Assembly (NCBI GenBank): GCA_021298315.1
Contig: JAJTFC010000007.1
Span: forward strand, 2,819 to 66,818
Origin: Planctomycetaceae bacterium
GTDB taxonomy: Bacteria; Planctomycetota; Planctomycetia; Pirellulales; Pirellulaceae
Length of the DNA: 64,000 bases
Direction of reading: 5' to 3'
Position 1 is the first letter of the stretch. Each line of letters starts with the position of its first letter. The translations under genes were made by a program, and so were the position numbers. Shown piece by piece: positions 20,300-29,100 of this stretch. The notes beneath the pieces are model-generated. The model was given only the letters and a program-made list of their open reading frames with translations. It had not been told where the DNA came from and made no database searches.

Positions 20300-21577
20300 C
20301 TATTGACTGCTGGTGAAGGGTTGAGTCCAAGCTTGCTGCTTTTGCTCATCCCAAACCGGATCTTGCGGTGCGATACTTGAAGTGATCACCGCTCGAACGA
20401 TCGTTTCACCCTCTTTGAGAGTGTAAGAACTGCTGAGATCTTGGGTTGCCAGTGCCACCCGAGCGATGGCTTCGGGTTGGGCATCCAGAGTGGTAACGAG
20501 GTACTCGGTCCAATAGCTGACCCCTTCTTGAGGATCGATTTGGACCGAGAGCGATTTGGTCGTTGGATCCCAATGCACATCCTTGAGGCTCGTGCCACTT
20601 GAAGCGTAGAAGTCGCCGGCTTTCATGGCCCGAATCAGATGTTCGGGAGTAAGGAATTTGGATCGAACCATCACCCAGCCACGTCCTGGCCGGCTTCCTT
20701 CTTTGCCAAAGTATTCGTGGCTATCGTCGGTTCCCACACCGTAGAGAACCGAGCCACCGAGTTTGTTGACACGAAGATGGTTAGCAAGATCCCAAATTCT
20801 CTCAACGCCGGGGTTCTTTGCGTTACCTAGGTGGTTGACTCCGGGGTGTCCATTGTAGACTTCGAAAAATCGCTCCGACATCACCGCGGCCAGATCCTCG
20901 AAGGTGATCCCATATTTGAAATTCGGATGGTTCAGGTGAGGTAGTATTTCGCGACCTTTCGCTTTTTCAACCTCCAGCACCGCCCGGAGGTTGTTCTCCA
21001 TGGCTTCGCGAACCGTTTTACCGCCCAGGGGTTTGATCACCTCGTCTAAATTGGTTGCATTCATATGGACCGGGTGGCCTTCGGCACTATCGGTGATCTC
21101 TTCGGCTGGGATCAAGATGAACTGTCCGCTGCGTTCGAGCAGATAACGGTACTCATCGAGGGGTTTGAGTCGGACTTGGTATTTGTCCGAGCCGGGTTGG
21201 CCTCGGGTTTCAACCCAAGCTTTACCAAATCGCTGGAGGTACCGCTCCATGCCTTGCCCGTGGCTACGCTTTTGAACGCTTTCGATATCCATCCATTTGG
21301 CACCTTGCTGCAAGACGTTGTGGTCGGAGATGGCCAAAAAGTGGTAGCCATTTTGTCGGTACCAATCGGAAATGACTTCGGGAAAATCATTTCCATCGCT
21401 CCAGAGCGAGTGGGTATGGAGATTTCCTTTCCACCATCGGGGTTGGGGATCGGGATCTATCTCCTGTGCTTGCGGGGCAAATCCGTGGACCAACCCAACT
21501 GGCAGGCCAAGAAAAGCCAATGCGATCAAGGTAGGGGCGAGAAAAGTTAGCAGTCGTCTGACTTGGATTTCTTGCAT
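20300..21577 (-). CDS. Exported PHP-domain metallohydrolase
   Basis: Motifs GNLHTHSLWSDG, ISDHN, NHP, EVYN, GTDDSH, with a signal peptide. Confidence 0.82.
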   Translation of the reverse strand: MQEIQVRRLLTFLAPTLIALAFLGLPVGLVHGFAPQAQEIDPDPQPRWWKGNLHTHSLWSDGNDFPEVISDWYRQNGYHFLAISDHNVLQQGAKWMDIESVQKRSHGQGMERYLQRFGKAWVETRGQPGSDKYQVRLKPLDEYRYLLERSGQFILIPAEEITDSAEGHPVHMNATNLDEVIKPLGGKTVREAMENNLRAVLEVEKAKGREILPHLNHPNFKYGITFEDLAAVMSERFFEVYNGHPGVNHLGNAKNPGVERIWDLANHLRVNKLGGSVLYGVGTDDSHEYFGKEGSRPGRGWVMVRSKFLTPEHLIRAMKAGDFYASSGTSLKDVHWDPTTKSLSVQIDPQEGVSYWTEYLVTTLDAQPEAIARVALATQDLSSSYTLKEGETIVRAVITSSIAPQDPVWDEQKQQAWTQPFTSSQ

Positions 21578-21625
21578 AGCGTTGCGACTCTTTGAGGCAA
21601 GGGAGGGGAAAGACCGAGATTTTCT

Positions 21626-21897
21626 GGTCCTTAAGGTATTTTCGTGGGTAGATGCTCGACTTTCTCGTACTCAGCCTCGCGGTACTCGTACTCGTACTCG
21701 TACTCGTACTTGAAAACGCCTGAATCGATTCAAGTCGATCACCCTTTCAGGGAAGCTGGAACCCCGGTATTTGGCCCGTTTGTCAACGAAATCCCAACAC
21801 CTCCCTTCGAGTACGAGTACCGTTTCACTGAGTACGAGTACGAGTACGAAAAGAACCAGTGGTAGGAATTGCCAGCTACGATCATACCTGATGGACC
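21626..21897 (+). mobile_element. MITE-like fold-back element, copy A (hexamer TACTCG/CGAGTA arms)
   Basis: Terminal inverted repeats GGTCCTTAAGGT / ACCTGATGGACC (10/12 match). ATTTTCT on both flanks (21619-25 and 21899-905). Inverted hexamer arrays and a central TGAATCGATTCA palindrome. Colinear with the reverse complement of 34650-34879. Confidence 0.7.
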
Positions 21898-22212
21898 TAT
21901 TTTCTCGATTTCATGTTGGCATGCAACATGAGCCTACTGTCGAACTCTATCATACTACGATGTGGATTGGATGAAGACCACCTCGTTGGCCGGTAAGAAA
22001 ATCGTTGCAGGCCTCTGTTGATCCTGTTGCTCGGAGTCTTTGGGTTCCTATGGGGATTCTTCGAGAGCCAATGAGGGGTATTGCGTTGTTCTGGTGTCCA
22101 AACCTTTGTAGAATGGACAGCAGTTTTTCGATCGTTTTTCCATAGCAGACAGTCGCTTGGGTTACCGTCTGCGTCGAACCTTTACAACGGTTGCCCTCGT
22201 TTGGCTTTCATC

Positions 22213-23454
22213 ATGCAAATTGCTCGGATTGCTGCACTGACAGCCTTGCTCCTAGTGCTCGGTGGAACTGTTCCGTCGAACGCCCAAGAAGAACCGTCCC
22301 AACGGGCCTCGAGCCAGACTCCAACTCAAGAGCAGATCGAGGCTTGGGTCAAGGAGTTGGAGGATGAGCGTTTCGCGGTGCGTGAGGCGGCCGAGAATCA
22401 ATTGGCTCGAAATCTCACAGTCATCTTGCCAACACTGATCGAAATTGCCAAAGCCGACGGATCTGAATCGCCCTGTGGGTTGCTCCAGTTTTTGGGCTTT
22501 GTCGCTCAAGATGCTTGGAGTGATCAAGGCAAATTGGCATACGCATGCTTGGGGCAAATCGCCAAAGAAAGAACGACCCAAAGGGCGATTTTGGCTCAGA
22601 AGATCATCCAAAGCATCTCGGTCTCGATGCGGGAGCAAACCCTCGAGCGACTTGAGCGAGTCGGCGTCGTATGCCAAGACCGAGAGCTTTCGGTGCTGAC
22701 CCAGGTAAGGCAAGTCAAAAATGCACTCGTGATCGACCAGGAGTTCCGAGGCACTCAAGAGGATATCGATCTGTTGCCCTGGCTCTTCGATATCCAGTTC
22801 GTGAAACTCGAAGGCCCAGCGATCAGTCCTGAAATACTCCAGGCTGTCGTCAAGCTACCGCAGCTTCGGAGTTTACAAATCGTCGAAACGAAATTGACGA
22901 GCAAGGATCTGCGCCCGTTGCTAGCGGCCTCGGACATGGACTTGCTGGAAATCCTTTATTCACCTGTCGATGATCAGTGCATCGAAATACTCCAAGATGT
23001 CCCCATCTTTGGAGATTTGCAACTCTTCGGCACCGAACTTAGCGCCAAAGGAGCCACTGAGCTTATCGCACGGATGGAGACAGCCAATGTTTTCGTAGGT
23101 CGAGGTGGTTTCCTAGGGGTCACCTGCGACCCAGGATCGTTAGTCATCCAGCAAGCGATCAAGGACGGACCTGCTTTCAAAGCTGGTATCAAGATGAATG
23201 ACAAGCTTCGGAAGATCAACGGAGTACCGATCTATAACTTTGAAGACCTCCGAAAGCAACTTGCCAAATCCGCTGCCGGTGAATCAGTCGTTGTCGAGTA
23301 CGATCGACCGGTCTGGTCTTTGCGACCGATCGACCAGGACCCTGAGAATAGAAATCGCAACCCAGTGCGAGGTCTTCGCCAACAGCTCGACGGCTACGAA
23401 ACCCACACCATCGACATCGTCTTGGAAAAACGACCATCGACCATGGAGCCTTAG
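22213..23454 (+). CDS. Exported PDZ-domain protein with HEAT-like and LRR-like segments
   Basis: Signal peptide from MQIARI, ERFAVREAA HEAT-like motif, LRR-like LPQLRSLQI segment, and PDZ motif GFLGV..DGPAFKAGIKMND. Confidence 0.75.
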   Translation: MQIARIAALTALLLVLGGTVPSNAQEEPSQRASSQTPTQEQIEAWVKELEDERFAVREAAENQLARNLTVILPTLIEIAKADGSESPCGLLQFLGFVAQDAWSDQGKLAYACLGQIAKERTTQRAILAQKIIQSISVSMREQTLERLERVGVVCQDRELSVLTQVRQVKNALVIDQEFRGTQEDIDLLPWLFDIQFVKLEGPAISPEILQAVVKLPQLRSLQIVETKLTSKDLRPLLAASDMDLLEILYSPVDDQCIEILQDVPIFGDLQLFGTELSAKGATELIARMETANVFVGRGGFLGVTCDPGSLVIQQAIKDGPAFKAGIKMNDKLRKINGVPIYNFEDLRKQLAKSAAGESVVVEYDRPVWSLRPIDQDPENRNRNPVRGLRQQLDGYETHTIDIVLEKRPSTMEP

Positions 23455-23464
23455 TCGGCCTGGA

Positions 23465-24640
23465 ATGCCCAATAGCAAACAAACAAAAAGTCAACAGGCC
23501 AAGAAGCCGTCAAGCCTTCTGGACAAGAAGGTTCTGAGTCGAATCGCTGAGCATGCCGTCGGTTGGTTTTCTAAACATAGCCGAGACTTGCCCTGGCGCA
23601 AAACCAAAAATGCCTATCGCATTTGGATCAGCGAATGCATGCTGCAGCAGACTCAAGTTGCAACGGTCATCCCGTATTACGAGCGTTTCCTCGAACGCTT
23701 CCCCGATGTGTCCACACTGGCCGCAGCCGAGCTCGATGAGGTCTATCAGCTTTGGGCCGGCTTAGGTTACTATCGGCGGGCCAGACAGCTTCATAGTGCT
23801 GCGATCCGGGTCGTCGAATCGGGCCAAGAGCCCTTCCCCACCGATCGCGATGCGATTGCAAAATTGCCAGGTATTGGAAGATACACTGCCAACGCGATCG
23901 CCTCGTTTGCTTACGATCAACCCTTTGGGATCGTCGAAGCCAACACGCAAAGGCTTTACGCAAGGCTGATGCTCTGTAAAGAACCTCTGAGCCAAACCGC
24001 TATGCAGGCCAAGCTATGGGAGTTTGCACAAGCACTCGTGGAGGCATGGCCTGTTTCACCAGGCCAATTGAATCAATCGCTGATGGAAATAGGATCCTTG
24101 GTATGCAAACCCAAGGATCCGCAATGCCAAGCCTGTCCACTTCAGAGCCATTGCCAAGCTTACCAAACAGGACAGACCTCAACGATTCCAGCCTCCAAGC
24201 CCAAGAAGCTCATCACCGACTTGCGCGAGATCGGTCTACTTGTACGCGACTCGAAAGGACGATGGCTAATGAGGCGCCGAAGTCCAACGGAGCGATGGTC
24301 TGGACTGTGGGATTTTCCAAGATACGACTGCACGAGCATCGAAAGTGAATCCCTAGCCATCGAGCATGCGTTGAAGGAGTTTGATCGCATCTATGGCAAG
24401 TCGCTCTGGGTTCGAAGCGAATGCTTATCGGTCAAGCACAGTGTGACTCGTTACAGAATCCTGCTGCGATGTTTCGAGGCTAGGCTCGAAGGCGCCAAGA
24501 CGATCAGCACCAAGGGCAAGTTGGCTCAGCACGAGCAGTTCGATTGGTATAAAGTCGAGGAACTAGAGAGCTTGGCGCTGAGTTCCTCGGCACGCAAGGT
24601 AGCCGATTGGTTAACGAAACAAGCCGCAGGCGAAAATTAG
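23465..24640 (+). CDS. mutY: A/G-specific adenine DNA glycosylase
   Basis: Motifs RDLPWR, WISECMLQQTQV, WAGLGYYRRAR, LPGIGRYTA, Fe-S motif CKPKDPQCQACPLQSHC, and NUDIX-like GLWDFP. Confidence 0.93.
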   Translation: MPNSKQTKSQQAKKPSSLLDKKVLSRIAEHAVGWFSKHSRDLPWRKTKNAYRIWISECMLQQTQVATVIPYYERFLERFPDVSTLAAAELDEVYQLWAGLGYYRRARQLHSAAIRVVESGQEPFPTDRDAIAKLPGIGRYTANAIASFAYDQPFGIVEANTQRLYARLMLCKEPLSQTAMQAKLWEFAQALVEAWPVSPGQLNQSLMEIGSLVCKPKDPQCQACPLQSHCQAYQTGQTSTIPASKPKKLITDLREIGLLVRDSKGRWLMRRRSPTERWSGLWDFPRYDCTSIESESLAIEHALKEFDRIYGKSLWVRSECLSVKHSVTRYRILLRCFEARLEGAKTISTKGKLAQHEQFDWYKVEELESLALSSSARKVADWLTKQAAGEN

Positions 24641-24642
24641 GT

Positions 24643-24720
24643 CCGACCGCTGATGAACACTTATGAACGCTAATAGGCGATGCAGAACAACAGCTTGCGT
24701 CTGGCTTCTTGGCTGTTTCC
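24643..24720 (-). repeat. Short inverted third copy of the composite element at 354-790
   Basis: The reverse complement reads GGAAACAGCCAAGAAGCCA...TAGCGTTCATAAGTGTTCATCAGCGGTCGG. It matches both ends of the 354-790 unit but lacks its central block. Confidence 0.75.
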
Positions 24721-24807
24721 ATAAAGCCCAATACCGTCAAATCGACATTTGATCATTTAAGAAGGATTGGATTTGAGTGTATTTCGGCCCATGCCGAAGG
24801 GTTTTTG

Positions 24808-24878
24808 AAAGCGGTATTGGGCGCAAGCCCTCCGGTGAAGCGGCAAGGGTCACCGGACGGCTTGCGCCGTTCCGCTTT
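24808..24878. repeat. REP-like inverted repeat pair
   Basis: AAAGCGG..GGCGCAAGCCCTCCGGTG paired with CACCGGACGGCTTGCGCC..CCGCTTT around a 13-nt loop. Confidence 0.75.
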
Positions 24879-25124
24879 GAAAGATGTCTCGTCTCTTAAC
24901 GATCGCCAAAAAACGAAACAACATTACGGAAATTTTCGGGTATTTTTGGCAACCAAAAGTTTTTTCCGCAGTCTTAATATCTAGAGAGCATGGCATCGCT
25001 AGCAAACGCTTCGGTCAATGCGATCGGTTTTGGCACTGGATTTGCTTGCTAATCCAATCGCAGATAAGGCGAAGGTGCCAAATCGGACAGGTACGACGGA
25101 GATAACCAAAAGGAGATACCCGCC

Positions 25125-25757
25125 ATGAATCGACTTCCTAGCGAACAAGTCCCGTTTGAGGGTGACGGCCAAGGGTTTGGTCGCTCTGAAAAGGTGCTGC
25201 TGACCGGTTCGGTATTGGTATCGAGTCCTTGGGTGCAAGACCCCAACATTGCCAGCGGCGTGTGCCTAATCGTTGAGCACACCGACAAGGGGGCCGTGGG
25301 TGTGTTCCTTAACCGCCCAATGGTTATGGACCCCAAGCCTTTATTAAATTTCCTGTTTGAAGGAGAGGTTGTAGCTGCTGCTGGCACAGGGATGTCCCAT
25401 TTTAACTTCGGCGGACCGAACAATGGTCCGATCCTTGCGATCCACAATGAGTCAGCATTGGCCGAAGGTGGCAATGACCACGGTGTTTATTTATCAGCAC
25501 AAGTAGAAACACTTAGGCAGTTGGCTCAAAGTTCTCCGGAGCATCTCCGATGGTTCATTGGTCATGCGACTTGGGGTAAATCGCAGCTTGAGCAAGAGAT
25601 TGTGTCGGAGAATTGGCTTTTGCTCCCTGCTGTACCGCAAATCGTTTTCGAGCAAGAAGAGTCGATGTGGAAACGGGCCCTTGAGTTCTATGGAGATTCG
25701 GTGCTCGCAAGCTTCCCGGGTGTTGGAAAAATCCCATCGCAGACGGCTTACAACTAA
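25125..25757 (+). CDS. YqgE/AlgH family protein (DUF179)
   Basis: Motifs LIVEHTDKGAVGVFLNRP, FGGP, FIGHATWGKSQLEQEI, and C-terminal W..AL. Confidence 0.88.
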   Translation: MNRLPSEQVPFEGDGQGFGRSEKVLLTGSVLVSSPWVQDPNIASGVCLIVEHTDKGAVGVFLNRPMVMDPKPLLNFLFEGEVVAAAGTGMSHFNFGGPNNGPILAIHNESALAEGGNDHGVYLSAQVETLRQLAQSSPEHLRWFIGHATWGKSQLEQEIVSENWLLLPAVPQIVFEQEESMWKRALEFYGDSVLASFPGVGKIPSQTAYN

Positions 25758-26174
25758 AGGAAAACCCAGGGCCTGTTTCCCTTTATGGCCAATGGGGATC
25801 GTTGCAAAGCCGTAGGGAACTTCTTGCGGGAAAAACGCTCTGGAGGGTTTTTTTGTTCCGTCCGACGGCTTTATTTGGCCGAATAAGATCCTGATAGTGG
25901 GATTTTTAGTGCCGAAGGAACTTTACCGGTTTTACCACCTCTAAAGTCCTGAGGCATTGGATTTTGACTCTTGAAGATGCAGGCTGCTCGCAAAACTCCC
26001 TTGTCCGGATAGGTGTCGATTGTACGAATCGCGCCGAAAATAGGGATGGTAGCGAATAGTTAGTTGAAATCGGGGGTCGACCCAACTACTTTCAAAGGTC
26101 GCGTGGGAGTTGGCTGAACGTTGAGTCAAGCCTCCCTGGAGCACGTCACTTTATTGCACATGGTGGAAGTTTCG

Positions 26175-29100
26175 ATGAGCGCTTCGCAAAATCGCAGAGT
26201 TCGGGGACGTCAGGGTTCCAAGTCATCCAAGAAGAGTTTTTTGAGCCGCATGTTGAGGCTCGAGTCGCTAGAGCGCCGCGAATTGATGGCCTCGGACTTC
26301 GCTCCATTTCATAACTACTTAGCATCAACCGATGTCGACGGAGACTTTAAGATCTCCCCGCTCGATGCGTTGATGGTGATCAACCAGCTAAACACCTCCG
26401 GTTCTGGTTCTCTGTCTGGACGATCGGCACCTCAGTCACGCAGTGGATTGGTCGATGCCGATGCCGACAACAACTTGTCCCCGCTGGACGCTTTGCTAGT
26501 GATCAATTCGATCAACCGTGGCGAAGGTGTTGGTGAGCTGGCCGAAATCAAATACGAATTCTTTGCCCTGAACGACGACGGAACGCTGGGGGCCAACCTC
26601 GATCCGAACCCCAACGACTTTGTTTACGAAGCCAATGTCAGCACGGGCCAGAAGTTCGTGGTTCGAACATTGATGGCCGACCTTCGTGGAAATCCTTCTG
26701 GGGTCTTCAGTGCCTACCACGATTTGAATTTCACCAATCGCGATGGCTCTTCGGCTGAGAAAATGCAGCTTCAGTGGTCTGAGTACAACGCGCTGAAGCT
26801 ACGTCAAAGCGATCCCAATGGTACCATTGGTGGTAGTTTCAAGCTCGCTTATGGTTCAGAAACCACAGCGACGATTCCGATTGCAACCACGAATCCACGA
26901 CCTGGAGTAACGGTTCCTAGCAAGTCGCTTACAGCAGCTAACATCAAGTCAGCCTTGGAAGCTCTCCCAGGGATCGGTGTGGGTAATGTAGTCGTCAACG
27001 TCAATGAAATCGATCCTGATCCAGGTTTCAACTTCGATATCTACTTCCGCAATGACAAGGCTCGGGTCGACATGCCCAATGCCACGATTGCGGAGAACAA
27101 TCTGACCGCGACGTTGGGTGTGATCAATCCTACGATCACCTCGCAGGATAGCCCTTCACCAACACAAACGGTTGTGGCCAGGGCAGCGATGAATTACAAG
27201 CCGATTGCAACGCAATTCCCATTGTATGTCAACGGACCTAATGGTGTGCTCGACGAGTCGGCTTCGGCAACTGGTAAGCGAACCGTTAAGAACCTCGGCA
27301 GTTTCTCCAACTCCAGCGCTCCGATCCCGAGTGCTTCGGCATCGAACTTTTTTGGAATTGTTGATACGGCCTTTAAAGCGGGATCCTCTGGAACGATCGA
27401 TCTGGCGGCAACGATCTCCCAGTTGCCTCCTCCGGGAAGCGGATCGGGTGAGAACTTGGGGATCGCTCTGTACAACGCCCAAGGCGTTTACTTGACTTCA
27501 AGCCAAGTGATCTTGCCAACGGCGGTGATCAACGTCCAAGACCGACTCACTGCGGTCAACGATGTCTTTACGATCAATGAGGATGCACCGGTCAACACTT
27601 ACAATGTGGTTGCCAATGACGTTGACCGTTTTGGAACCTCGCGTGGGATCATATCGGTCACCCAGCCTGCCGCAGGTGGCACGGTATCTTTCGATGGCAC
27701 TGGAACGGCTCAATCGATCCGTTTCACTCCTGCAGCGAACTTCAATGGACCTGTCACTTTCACCTACACGATTCGCAACAACCTCAACGACGTTGCGACC
27801 GGTACGGTGACGATGAACATCAACGCGGTCAATGATGCTCCCGTGGTGGTCAACACCGCCTTTAGCGTCACGGAGGATCCAGCCTCTCCGCTACTGATCG
27901 CACCGACGGATGTTTTTGCACCTGGCCCTGCAAATGAGTCCTCGCAGCTGATCACCCTCTCGATCGTTACACCTCCGCCATCGGGGCAAGGTACCGCGAT
28001 CATCAATGCATCGGGAATTCTCGAATTCACTCCTGCTGCGAATTTCAACGGCACGGTGACGATGGTCGTACGCGGTATCGACGACGGCTCGCCAGCTCAG
28101 TCGACCAACGCGACGTTGACCATCACGGTCACTCCGGTCAACGATTCACCTGTGGTTGTCCAGACAACCTTCAGTGTGCTTGAAGACTCGACGTCCGGCG
28201 TTGTGATTCTCCCTTCTCAAATATTCGCACCGGGCCCATCGAACGAGTCGTCTCAAACCGTCACGTTATCGTTGGTAACGACCCCGTTGGCTTCTGAAGG
28301 TGTCGCGACGATCCTCCCGAACGGATCATTGAGATTCATCCCAGCAGCGAACTTCTTCGGCCCTGTGAACTTCGTTGTTCGCGGCACCGACAACGGTTCA
28401 CCAGCCCTTTCAACCGATGCAACTTTGACCATCAATGTCACTCCGGTCAATGACGGTCCGACCGCAGTGGATGACACCGGAAGCATCGATCGATTCGTTG
28501 TCCTGGGATTGACCGGTACGCCGACTTCCTTGGACGTCATGCGAAACGACAGCCCAGGACCTAACGAATCGAGCATCGATACGATCAAGATTCGCTCGGT
28601 GACATCGACCACTCTGGGGGGAACCGTCTCCCTCAATGCGGATCGTACACGGGTGATTTACACACCACCGGCCGGTGCGGTCAATCAGACCGATTTCTTC
28701 AGTTACACGATCGAAGACAGCGCTGGTGTGACCAGCACGGCACGAACCGAAGTCTTCATCATTCCACCGACCTTCCCGTTTGCTGTCGACGACCAGTTCT
28801 CGACAAGTGAGAAGGCTGCCGACACAAGCTATACGATCGATGTGCTGGCCAACGACTTCATCAATGATGGCTTCGCGGCCCAGTTGCTCTCGATCGTCGA
28901 GCAGCCTCCCGAAGGGTTTGGCACAGCATCCGTCGTAGGCAACAACGTCGTCTACCAAGCTCCGGCGCACGTCAATGGTGGACCGATTCTACTTGTCTAC
29001 CGAATGACCGATTCGAAGCCCGGTAGCGTACCGGTCAACGCGACAGTGACGATCCAAATCTCGGAAGTCAACGATCCACCCGAACCGTTTGGCAAAAACG

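Noticed and set aside
21644-21974. ORFs with YSYSYS / EYEYEY / TRTRTR / STSTST tracts
   Set aside because: By-products of the (TACTCG)n hexamer arms. The equivalent frames are not preserved across the other element copies.
24709-25474. Short ORFs between mutY and yqgE
   Set aside because: They overlap repeats or lie antisense to yqgE, and show no recognisable motifs.
25758-26174. Riboswitch (e.g. c-di-GMP) in the long adhesin leader
   Set aside because: Only isolated GCAAA-type words, and I could not build the conserved two-stem structure. An Infernal/Rfam scan would be needed.
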